Origin: Thermoplasmata archaeon
GTDB taxonomy: Archaea > Thermoplasmatota > Thermoplasmata > Lutacidiplasmatales > UBA184
NCBI GenBank assembly: GCA_035656275.1
Contig: DASRSW010000051.1
Span: 8,068-72,067, forward strand
Length of the DNA stretch: 64,000 bases
Direction: 5' to 3'
The notes under the pieces were generated by a model. That model was not told the origin of the DNA and ran no database searches. It worked only from the letters and a program-made list of their open reading frames with translations. Position 1 is the first letter of the stretch. Every line of letters begins with the position of its first letter. Below, piece after piece: positions 28,979-37,700 of this stretch. Made by a program: the position numbers and the translations under genes.

Positions 28979-29839
28979 TTGACCGACGCGACGGATGAGT
29001 TGGAGCGCAAGCGCGCAGAGTCGAACGCTCGGGCCGACGAGCATCGGGCCCAGCGCGACCGATTGAACGCGCAGGCCCGGGAACTCGCGGAGGCCCGCGG
29101 ACGCACCTTGGACGACCTCCACGCGAAGAGCGCGGAGGCCCAGGACCATCGCCGCCACCGCGACGAGCTCAACGACATGGTTCGGGAGGCGAAGCGGCTT
29201 CGGGAGGAGTGGAACCGCAAGCTCCAGGAGGCCGCGGACCGGGTCCAGGAGCTCAAGCGGACGCGGGCCCCCCGCCCGGGGGCCATCCCCGTCTGGAAGC
29301 TCCGCAAGGACCTGCGCGAGCTCGAGTTCCGCCACATGACGACCGCGCACACTCCCGACCAGGAGAAGCGGCTCGTGGAGGAGATGAAGCGACTCGAGCT
29401 CGCCATCAAGGAGCAGGACGACCAGCTCCACGAGGACCCCGAGATCGACAAGGCGATCGCCGCGCTCAACGAGGCGCGCACGGAGGCGGAGAAGCACCAC
29501 CAGGCGGTAGGGGGCCTCGCCGAAGAGGCGCAGAAGGAGCACGAGTCGATGGTCGGCCTCTACGAGGCCGTCGACGAGCTACGGCGCCAGGCGGACGAGG
29601 TCCAGGCGAAACTGATCGAGTCGAAGGCCGCGGCTGATGAGGCCCATCGCTCCCACATCAGCTCCATCGAGGAAGTCCGGGACATCGAGAAGATGCTCTA
29701 CGCCGCCCGGGGCGGCCGAGGTCCAGCCGTCTGGAGCGGAGAGCCCCCGAAGGAGGAGGACTTCCTGGCCCGCCTCAAGAAGGGCGAGAAGGTCTCCACC
29801 GAGGACCTGCTCGAGCTCCAGAAGACCGGCCGGAGCTAG
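28979..29839 (+). CDS. conserved archaeal coiled-coil protein (COG1340-like)
   Basis: 286 aa of heptad-rich, E/K/R/A-dominated sequence. TTG start. Divergent from the HerA-like gene. Confidence 0.55.
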   Translation: MTDATDELERKRAESNARADEHRAQRDRLNAQARELAEARGRTLDDLHAKSAEAQDHRRHRDELNDMVREAKRLREEWNRKLQEAADRVQELKRTRAPRPGAIPVWKLRKDLRELEFRHMTTAHTPDQEKRLVEEMKRLELAIKEQDDQLHEDPEIDKAIAALNEARTEAEKHHQAVGGLAEEAQKEHESMVGLYEAVDELRRQADEVQAKLIESKAAADEAHRSHISSIEEVRDIEKMLYAARGGRGPAVWSGEPPKEEDFLARLKKGEKVSTEDLLELQKTGRS

Positions 29840-29845
29840 ACGTCC

Positions 29846-30664
29846 GTGGCCTCCCCCTCCCCCGGCGCCCTGGCGGCGGTTCTCTTCGACCTCGACGACA
29901 CGCTCGTCCCCTGGCACACCCTCCCGCACTGGCAGTGGGCCTGGCGACCCCGCGGCCCCGTCCTCTCCGAGCGGCACGTGCTCGCCGCGGTCCACCGCTC
30001 GCTCCACGCCTGGGACCGGCGCCGCTGGCAGGGGCTCGTGGGCGAGGCGCCCCCGGCGGACCTGGCGGCCCACCGGGCCCATCTCGAAGCGACCCTCGCG
30101 GCCATCGCAGGCCACCCCCTCCCGGCGGACGAGACGACGGCGGTCGTCAACCGGTTCTTGAAGCCCGCCGGCGAGATCGAGTCGTTCCCTGATGTCGTCC
30201 CCTGCTTGGCCCAACTGGCCGCCGACGGCGTGGGGGTCGGGGTCGTGACCGCGCTTCCCGCCGAGGCGGCCCACCACGCCCTGAAGCGCGTGGGGCTGGG
30301 TGATCTTCACGTCGTCGCGACGGGAGAGTCGTCCAGCCCCCCGCTCCCCGCCCCCGCGGCCTGGAGGGCCGCCGCCGAGGCCGTGGGCCACAAGCCGAGG
30401 GAGATCCTCTACGTGGGCGACCTCTTCTGGTCCGACGTCCGGGCGGCCACCCGGGTGGGCTTCTCCACGGTGCTCGTGGACCGTCGGGACTGGCTCCCCC
30501 GGGTCCTCGCCCGACGGATTCGGACCCTCGCCGATGTCCCGGGCCTGCGGAAGAACCCGACCCCTGAACCGGGCCCCCCGCCCGGCCACGAGGAAGGCCC
30601 CTCGAGCCAGCCGCCCGCACGGCCGAACCCGTCCGCCCCGCCTCCGGGTGGAACACAACCTTAA
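29846..30664 (+). CDS. HAD-superfamily hydrolase
   Basis: Motif I LFDLDDTL and motif IV YVGDLFWSDV. Pro-rich C-terminal tail. Confidence 0.7.
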   Translation: MASPSPGALAAVLFDLDDTLVPWHTLPHWQWAWRPRGPVLSERHVLAAVHRSLHAWDRRRWQGLVGEAPPADLAAHRAHLEATLAAIAGHPLPADETTAVVNRFLKPAGEIESFPDVVPCLAQLAADGVGVGVVTALPAEAAHHALKRVGLGDLHVVATGESSSPPLPAPAAWRAAAEAVGHKPREILYVGDLFWSDVRAATRVGFSTVLVDRRDWLPRVLARRIRTLADVPGLRKNPTPEPGPPPGHEEGPSSQPPARPNPSAPPPGGTQP

Positions 30665-30750
30665 GGCAGGTCCGGACGACGGGGTCGGGAATGCCCGGAA
30701 GCCTCCGAACCAAGCCGAACGAGCCGGCCGGCGGTGCGCCGGGTCAACGG

Positions 30751-30758
30751 CTATATAT
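30751..30758 (+). promoter_or_regulatory. TATA box for the V4R-Roadblock operon
   Basis: CTATATAT ends 26 nt before the ATG at 30784, implying a leaderless transcript. Confidence 0.5.
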
Positions 30759-30783
30759 GCGGGGCCACGGTGCCGCCGTGCCC

Positions 30784-31185
30784 ATGCGCTATGTGAAGCT
30801 CAATCAGGAGGAGCTCCACAAGATCAAGGAGCTGTATGAGGGCGTGATGTCGCACGCCTGTCACGGCCTGTTCTTCAAGGAGGGCTCCGTCGTCGGCTCG
30901 GACATGGCCGCCGACGCCCTCAAGGACCGGGCCAAGTTCCACGAGCGGGCCGCCCAGATCCTGAAGGAGCGCGGGTGGATCGAGGAGATCACGTTCAAGG
31001 ATGGGGAGGTCCTCGTGAAGGGGTCGATCGAGGTCTCCCCGAGCGATATCCCAACGTGCCACCGGCTGCGAGGCATCCTTCGCGAGTTCTACGAACGTTT
31101 TAAGGGCTCGCGCGTTAAGTGTACCGAAGAGGCGTGCGCTAGCGTGGGCGAACCCTTGTGTCGATTCAAGATTGAGGAAATGTAG
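30784..31185 (+). CDS. V4R-domain protein
   Basis: C-terminal Cys pattern TCHRLRGILREF...CTEEACASVGEPLCRFKI is typical of V4R (4-vinyl-reductase-like) domains. I trimmed the track ORF (30691) to the ATG at 30784, downstream of the TATA box. Confidence 0.5.
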   Translation: MRYVKLNQEELHKIKELYEGVMSHACHGLFFKEGSVVGSDMAADALKDRAKFHERAAQILKERGWIEEITFKDGEVLVKGSIEVSPSDIPTCHRLRGILREFYERFKGSRVKCTEEACASVGEPLCRFKIEEM

Positions 31186-31203
31186 CGAGAGGGATCCGGG
31201 TAG

Positions 31204-31563
31204 ATGATGGCCACAGGCAACGTTGGAGCAGTGATCAAGGACCTCAAGTCCCGCATCAGCGGGATCGCAGTATCGCTCGTCTCGCGGGACGGGCTGGTCC
31301 TCTATGCCGACGTGCCCGCCGGGGTCTACACGGAGACGTTCGCCATCATGTGCGCCACGATCCTCGGAGCCGCCGCCACGGCCAACACCGAGCTCAACCG
31401 CGCCCCGCCCGAGAAGATCGTCATCGAGGGAAACGATTCGAAGACGATCATCGTCGGGAGCGGGAAGAAGGCGCTCCTGGTGGCGGTCGTCGACCAGAGC
31501 GCGGATGCGAACCGAGTCCTGCAGGAGGTCGGCAAGGTCGCCGAGCTCCTGAAGGCGAACTAG
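31204..31563 (+). CDS. Roadblock/LC7 (MglB-like) domain protein
   Basis: Segments GIAVSLVSRDGLVLYADVP, ETFAIMCATILGAA and KALLVAVVDQSADANRV. Confidence 0.65.
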   Translation: MMATGNVGAVIKDLKSRISGIAVSLVSRDGLVLYADVPAGVYTETFAIMCATILGAAATANTELNRAPPEKIVIEGNDSKTIIVGSGKKALLVAVVDQSADANRVLQEVGKVAELLKAN

Positions 31564-31637
31564 GCCCGTCGACCTTCCCCGCTCGGCGGGGATTCGGTGG
31601 CCGTCGTTGGGAAACCGGCCGCGCGGCCGACCTCCCT

Positions 31638-32468
31638 TCACGACGGAGCGGCTTCGGGGGTCAGCCGTCGCTCGCCGCCCGTCATCACCCGCACGAGGTA
31701 TCCGCCCAGCGCCGCGACGAGGCGGGCCCACGCGATGACGGTGCGCTGGGTTTGCAGCAGCCGACGGATCCGGTAGTTGCCCCACAGGCTCCCGTGCTTC
31801 TCGGTGAGCTGCTTACGCCCGTAGCCGTTCCAGAAGGCCTGGATGAGGAACCGCAGGAACGTGGCGCGCATCTCGTGATAGACGAGCGCCCCTGGGGCCT
31901 CCTGGATGTGCGCCCCCAGTCGGACGGCCCGCAGGTTCAAGTCGATGTCTTCGGCAGTGATGAACCGGGGGTCGAACCCCTGCAGCCGCTCGAAGAGGCT
32001 CCGCCGGTACGCGAGGTTGCACGACGGGTGGGTCACATCGCTTCCCTCCTGGAACAGCTCGACCCGGTCGAGGGCCGCGTACTGGGTCTTCCCGACGGGG
32101 ATCACACGCCCCGCGGCGACGTCCGACCCGACGACCGCCCCGCGCAGCTCGTGGAGCCATCCGGGGTCGGCGACGCAATCCCCGTCCGTGAACGCGAGGA
32201 ACTCCCCGCGGGCGAGCGACGCCCCGGCGTTGCGACCCATTCCCCGGGAGCCGAACCGCTGGACGACCCGGACCTGCGTCGGGTAGCGACGGGCGTACTC
32301 CTCGGCGATCTCGAAGCTCCCGTCCCGCGAGAGGGCATCGACGAGGACGACCTCGAACGGGGGCTCCTGGACGAGGAGGCTCTCGAACAGCGGGCGGATG
32401 TGGGGCCCCTCGTTCTTGACGGTGATGATGACCGAGACGAAGGGGCGTGGGGGAGGACTACTTCCCAA
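31638..32468 (-). CDS. family 2 glycosyltransferase
   Basis: Segment VSVIITVKNEGPHIRPLFESLLVQ...VVLVDALSRDGS and the downstream acidic motif FTDGD. Confidence 0.75.
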   Translation of the reverse strand: MGSSPPPRPFVSVIITVKNEGPHIRPLFESLLVQEPPFEVVLVDALSRDGSFEIAEEYARRYPTQVRVVQRFGSRGMGRNAGASLARGEFLAFTDGDCVADPGWLHELRGAVVGSDVAAGRVIPVGKTQYAALDRVELFQEGSDVTHPSCNLAYRRSLFERLQGFDPRFITAEDIDLNLRAVRLGAHIQEAPGALVYHEMRATFLRFLIQAFWNGYGRKQLTEKHGSLWGNYRIRRLLQTQRTVIAWARLVAALGGYLVRVMTGGERRLTPEAAPS

Positions 32469-32700
32469 GCTCCATCACGACGACGTCCTTGACCGCGCGC
32501 ATGCTCTTGAAGGGGAGCACGAGCCGGCCGGAGCCGTCCAGCTGGAAGAGCCGGGGCTCGACGTCTTCGTTGGGCGTCACAAGGACGTGCGCGATGGCGC
32601 CGTTCATGGTGTCCACGACAAAGTTCTCGATGATCCCGAGGATCTGTCCGTCGTTCGTCATCACGGTCTTACCGCGGAGCTCCGTCAGGAACTTGCGCAT
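32458..32700 (-). CDS. PRC-barrel domain protein
   Basis: Segment LRGKTVMTNDGQILGIIENFVVDTMNGAIAHVLV. I trimmed the track ORF (32835) to the ATG at 32700. A TATA-like ATTAAATA (32740-32733, minus strand) lies 33 nt upstream. Confidence 0.6.
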   Translation of the reverse strand: MRKFLTELRGKTVMTNDGQILGIIENFVVDTMNGAIAHVLVTPNEDVEPRLFQLDGSGRLVLPFKSMRAVKDVVVMELGK

Positions 32701-32837
32701 GGCGTCCTCGGGGCGCCCATGCCCGGGTGCGCTATTTAATCGTTGTCGCCGAGACGAAGCCGCCGCGGCGCGAATTTCGGCCGTACCCACCGCCGAGAAC
32801 CACTCGCACGGAGGGACGGCGCGGAAAGGCGGCAACG

Positions 32838-32844
32838 CTTATAT
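32838..32844 (+). promoter_or_regulatory. TATA box of the rpl18e-rpl13-rps9-rpoN operon
   Basis: CTTATAT ends 30 nt before the ATG at 32874. Confidence 0.5.
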
Positions 32845-32873
32845 GAGCCACCTGGGTCGAGGGCCTCCCGCGC

Positions 32874-33239
32874 ATGCTCCGTACGATTCGCAAGGGAAAC
32901 CCGGAGCTCCGGTCCGCCCTCGTGGAGCTCCGCCGAGCCGCCCAGGCGCACCAGGCACCTGTCTGGGCCGATGTGGCGCACAAGCTCGCCCGGCCCCGCC
33001 ACCAGGTCGACCCCGTCAACGTCGGGCTCCTCGAGCGCCTCGCCGCGCCGAACGAGACCGTCATCGTACCGGGAAAGCTCCTCGCGTTCGGGCGGCTTAC
33101 CAAACCCCTCACCGTCGCCGCCTTCCACTACTCGGAGGGGGCGCGGACGAAGATTCACGCGGCCGGGGGGACGGCGCTCCAGATCCATGAACTCGTGAAG
33201 GCGAAGCCGGACGGTTCGGGGGTGCGCATTGTCTCCTGA
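32874..33239 (+). CDS. rpl18e: 50S ribosomal protein L18e
   Basis: Segments NPELRSALVELRRAAQAHQAPVWADVA, VIVPGKLLAFG and AAFHYSEGARTKIHAAGG. Confidence 0.8.
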   Translation: MLRTIRKGNPELRSALVELRRAAQAHQAPVWADVAHKLARPRHQVDPVNVGLLERLAAPNETVIVPGKLLAFGRLTKPLTVAAFHYSEGARTKIHAAGGTALQIHELVKAKPDGSGVRIVS

Positions 33240-33933
33240 CGAAGCCGCCCCGAAGAAGCCTGCCCGGGCCCCCAAGCCGAAGCCGAAGGCGGAGGCGTCC
33301 CAGACCGACACCGCGAAACCCGATTCAAAGCCGGTCGCGGCAGAGACGCCCTCGGAGTCGCCGGCCCCCTCCCCGCCCAGCCCGGCTCCCGCGGCCAAGG
33401 CGGCGGCGAAGCCCGCCCGTTCCCCGCCTCCCAAGCAGCGGTCGCCCGCGCCCGCGGCGACCCGTCCGAAGCCGGCGCCCCCCCGCGCCCCGGCGCGACC
33501 CGAGTTTCCCCCGACGGCCACCGTCGTGGATGCCTCGGGCCTCGTCCTCGGCCGGGCGGCCAGCCTTATCGCGAAACGACTCCTCGGCGGCGAAACGATC
33601 GTGGTCATCAATGCGGAGAAGAGCGTCGTGACCGGAAACCGCCCCATGGTCATCCGGGAGTTCACCGCGGCCCGGGCGCAGGGCTCGGTCCGCTCCGGCC
33701 CTCACTATCCCCGCTTCCCTGACCGGATCTTCCGGCGGACCGTCCGAGGGATGTTGCCCCACCTGAAGACCCGCGGGAAGCTCGCCTACGACCGTCTCCA
33801 CGTCTATATCGGAGTGCCCGGCGGGCTCCCCGCGCGGGCGCCCGTCGCGCTGGAGGGGGCGAAGGCCCGCCCCTCGCTGCGCGCGCCGACGACCCTCGCT
33901 GAGGTCAGCACGCTCCTGGGGGCTCACCTGTGA
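33229..33933 (+). CDS. rpl13: 50S ribosomal protein uL13 with a possible ~99-aa Lys/Pro/Ala-rich N-terminal extension
   Basis: The core VVDASGLVLGRAASLIAKRLLGGETIVVINAEKSVVTG...FPDRIFRRTVRGMLP is canonical uL13. The track ORF starts at TTG 33229. An alternative GTG at 33526 would give a normal-size protein. Confidence 0.8.
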   Translation: MSPDEAAPKKPARAPKPKPKAEASQTDTAKPDSKPVAAETPSESPAPSPPSPAPAAKAAAKPARSPPPKQRSPAPAATRPKPAPPRAPARPEFPPTATVVDASGLVLGRAASLIAKRLLGGETIVVINAEKSVVTGNRPMVIREFTAARAQGSVRSGPHYPRFPDRIFRRTVRGMLPHLKTRGKLAYDRLHVYIGVPGGLPARAPVALEGAKARPSLRAPTTLAEVSTLLGAHL

Positions 33934-34337
33934 AGGCCCCCCAGCTCGTCCAGGCCACGGGAAAGCGGAAGGAAGCCGTGGCGCGGGCCACCGTCCTCAA
34001 GGGGGCGGGCCGGGTCCGGATCAACCAGGTCCCGCTCGAGATCGTCGAGCCCGAGATCATCCGCCAGAAGATCCAGGAGCCCCTCCTGATGGTCGGGGAC
34101 CGCTGGCGGACGCTCGACATCCACGTGGACGTGGCGGGCGGCGGGATCGTCGGTCAGGCGTCGGCGGCCCGGACCGCCGTGGCCCGCGGACTGGTGGCCT
34201 GGCTCAACGACCCTAAGCTCACGGAGATGTTCAAGCACTACGACCGCTCGCTGCTCGTGAACGACCCGCGTCGCAAACTACCGAAGCGGCCCGGCGGGCG
34301 CGGCGCGCGCAAGCGCCGGCAGAAGTCATACCGTTGA
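33930..34337 (+). CDS. rps9: 30S ribosomal protein uS9
   Basis: Segments GKRKEAVARA and GGGIVGQASAARTAVARGL, with C-terminal ARKRRQKSYR. The GTG start overlaps the rpl13 stop (GTGA). Confidence 0.9.
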   Translation: MKAPQLVQATGKRKEAVARATVLKGAGRVRINQVPLEIVEPEIIRQKIQEPLLMVGDRWRTLDIHVDVAGGGIVGQASAARTAVARGLVAWLNDPKLTEMFKHYDRSLLVNDPRRKLPKRPGGRGARKRRQKSYR

Positions 34338-34356
34338 GGAGGTATCGATCCGATCC

Positions 34357-34554
34357 ATGACGATGATGGTCCCCGTCCGATGCTTCACCTGCGGCGCCGT
34401 CGTGGGCCAGCACTGGGACGAGTTCCGCGAGCGCACGAGCCGGGGCGAGCCCGCCGGCCAGGTGCTGACGACGCTGGGGCTCTCCCGGTACTGCTGCCGG
34501 CGGATGCTCCTCGCCCACGTCGACCTCCTGGACGAGGTCGGCCCCTACGGGTAG
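34357..34554 (+). CDS. rpoN: DNA-directed RNA polymerase subunit N (Rpo10)
   Basis: Segment MMVPVRCFTCGAVVG...YCCRRMLLAHVDL. Confidence 0.9.
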   Translation: MTMMVPVRCFTCGAVVGQHWDEFRERTSRGEPAGQVLTTLGLSRYCCRRMLLAHVDLLDEVGPYG

Positions 34555-34666
34555 GGGTCAGCGCAGTACTCCTCCGCACCCAACGCGGCGAGCGGGCCTA
34601 GCGAGGCCGACGAATTCCCCGCGGCGGAATCGGCGAAACTAGCCGCCCCAGGGTGGAGGGATCGGG

Positions 34667-34693
34667 GGGCCCGCCGGAGGTTCCGGCGGGCCC
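34667..34693. terminator. perfect 12-bp stem / 3-nt loop hairpin between convergent genes
   Basis: GGGCCCGCCGGA-ggt-TCCGGCGGGCCC lies between the rpoN stop (34554) and the surface-protein stop (34718). Its function as a terminator or 3'-end stabiliser is inferred. Confidence 0.35.
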
Positions 34694-34717
34694 GGAAGCG
34701 GTTCAGGCACGCCGCGC

Positions 34718-37700
34718 CTACTCCTCGTCCTCGTCGTCCTCTTCCTTCTTGCCGCGCTCGAGGCCGGACTTCCCCGTGGTGGAGGACTTCGACTTCGCGG
34801 CGCTGCCGCCTCGGGAGCGACGACGGAGGATGTACCAGGCCCCGCCGATGATGATGACGACGGCGGCGCCGATGGCGGCGTACTCCAGGTCCTGGGTCAG
34901 CGGGTTCGGATTGAGCGTCACCGGTACCTTGGCCGTGTTCGCGCCGTTGACGTACTGGCCCGGGAACTCGTTCGAGGCCGTCGCGTTGACCCAGAGGTCG
35001 TAGGAGCCCTGTCGGTCGGGGTTCCAGGTGATCACGGCTCGGACGGTGTGGTTCCACTTGAGCGAGGTGAGCCCCGTCGCGATCGGGGCCGAGCTCACGG
35101 TCGTGTTGCTCGTGTAGTTGTAGAACTGGACCGAAGCCGGCGAGCCGCCGATGGTGATCGGCGAGCCGCTGCCCGACGGCGGCAGGAGGTAGAACCGGAC
35201 GCTCACGTTGAGCGCCGTCGAGTTCTTCCCGAGGGAGTTCGTGACGTTGGCCCAGATCGTGTAGGTCGTGCCGTCCGTCATCGTCCCCGGCGCCGTGAGG
35301 TTCCCGACCGTGAGGACGGGGCGCGTGCTGGCGTTCACCGTGACGGTGATGGTCCCGACCTTGTAGGCGGTGTTGCCGGCGCGGTCGGTCACGGTCAGGT
35401 TGACCGTGTAGGGCTTGGTCTGCGGCTCGAGCCACAGCGCCGGGCGGGCGGGGAGCTTGTAGCCGGGGGGGCTCGCCGTCTGGTTGAGCCAGGTGTGGAA
35501 CGTCGAGTTTCCGGGGTTCGTCAGGTTCCAGTCGTACTTCACGATGGAGCCGTTGTTCGGGTCCGTCGAGTTGGTGGCGGAGAGCTGCACCTCGGCGGTG
35601 TGGTTCGCCCCTTCCACGACCCCCGAGCTCGTCACCGTGTGGCCGCGGGAATCCAGGATCGAGAAGACGGGGAGCGGCTTCTGCGTGTCCCGGACCAGGA
35701 CGACCATCGAGGCGTTCGCGTGGTGCCCGCCGCCGTCCCACACCTCGAGCGAGACGTTGTACTGCCAGCCGACGAACGCGACGGCCACGCCGTTGATGGT
35801 GGTGCCGTTGAGGTAGTAGCCCGCGCCCTTGAACGTGTAGGTGAGGTTCGTCTCCGCGGGTTTCGAGACTCCGGCGCTGGAGGTGTAGTTCGCGGGCAGG
35901 TTGAACGAGTGGCTCACGATGTTCCAGCTGGCGATCGAGATGACCCCGTTCACCGGCGCGAACGAGCCCAGGGGGGCTGTGCTGCCCGTCGCGTTGAAGT
36001 GGAGCGTGGTCGACGCGTTCACGATCGTGTAGTTCACCCCATTCGCGCTCTGGAGGGTCGAGTTGACGCGGATGTTCGCGGTGGGGGAGAGCGCCCCGGC
36101 GTAGACCGTGAACGTGGTCGAGCTCACGTAGCCTCCGGAACTCGTGACGGTGAGCGTTCCGTCGTAGGCGCCGGCGGTGCTGTAGGTGTGGTAGGTCACC
36201 GGCTGTCCCGTGGAGCTCGGGGGCGAGAGGTCGCCGAAGTTCCACTGGTAGAGACTCCCGTTCGTCCCCGCGGGGAACGTCGAATTCGCCGCCGAGAACG
36301 TGACGTTCTCCCCCGAGCCCACCACGACGGTGTAGTTGCCGCGGGTCTGGTTGAGGACGTTGCCATGCGAGAACGCGAAGTTCTGCGCGGTCACGTTGAC
36401 GATGGCGGTGATGTTCCCGTACTTCACGATGGAGAGCGTCGCCGTCGACGAGGCGGTGGCGTAGGGCTTCGACACGAGCGTAAAGCTCGTCCAGGTCCCG
36501 CCCGCGCCCGCCGGCACGAGCGTGGAGCCCGCGGGGGCGGTCGCCGCCTGGCCCGCCGACAGGACGTAGCCCGCCGGGAGCTTCACGGTGTAGTTGATCG
36601 ACTGGCTGTGCGTCGGGTGGCGGAACGCGAAGGAGAGCGTGTAGTTCTTGAGCGAGTTGCTCACCGCGCTGGTCGTGTTGTACTTGGCCGTGTAGTTGAA
36701 CCCGAGGGTCGCGGGCGAAAGCAGGCCGCAGACTCCCGCGCAGGTGGACGAGGGGACGAATCCGAAGCTACTGTTGACGCCGAAGGGGACCCCGTTGAGG
36801 GTCGTCCCGGCCTGGACCGCGGGGAAGAACGGCCCCTCGCTCTGGACCCAGGCGTCGAGCGCGCCGAGGCTCGAGCTCGAGAAGTTGAGGCTGTGGTTGA
36901 AATCGAGCGCCAGCTGGCCCCAGAGCTGCCCCAGCGACGCGTTGGGGAGCTCGGGGAAGGTCGAGTAGTTCCCGAGCTTGGCCGTCGTATTGACGGTCAG
37001 GTTCGAAAAACTGTGGCTGAAGTCGAGGGTCGTCGAGTAGACCGCGGGGGGCGCGATCGCCGGGGCGGCGACGTCGTGCGGGCTCGGGACGTTCGCGCCG
37101 GAGGGGGAGACGGAGATGGGGAACGCCATCGTGCCGTACCCCACGACCGAGAGGACGACCTCGAAGTCCTGGGAACCGGGACCGGTGAAGCTGGCGGGGT
37201 AGCCCCCGACCGCGTAGAAGCCGAGGGGCGGCACGGGGTAGGTGTACGTACCCATCGACGAGAGGTCGATGACGGTCGCGTTGCCCCCGTTCGGCACGTG
37301 CTGGCCGCCCACGGCCTGGTTCACGTGGCCCGAGACGAGAATGCTTGAGATCGAGGGGTTCACCGTGATGCGGTTGCCCGCGACGACGGCCTGCTGGTAG
37401 TCGAACTTGTTCGGGCTGGACGGGAGGGTCGTCTTGAGGACCCAGGTGCCCGAGGGGGCGGTGAAGTTGAACGCACCGGTGCGGTTCGTGGTGGCGTTGG
37501 CGATCACGAGGCCCGCGTACTGGGGGTCCAGCAGCTGGACGGAGGCGTTCACCGCGGGGCTGGCCCCGTTGGTGGCGTTCCCGAAGATGGACCCGTTGTA
37601 CGGCAGCGCCCGCACGTTGGGGATGGTCACCGGGTAGAGCGACGTGGTCAGGTCGCTCGAGTTGAAGTACTGGAACGTCGGCGACTGGCTTCCGGGGAGG

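Noticed and set aside
35048-37348. 766-aa ORF on the plus strand; also the 34545..36245 and 36768..37763 minus-strand alternate frames
   Set aside because: These are antisense to, or out of frame with, the surface-protein gene. They are Arg/Gly/Asp/Val-rich low-information sequence. The 34718..38056 frame has a signal peptide, sequons and a TM anchor.
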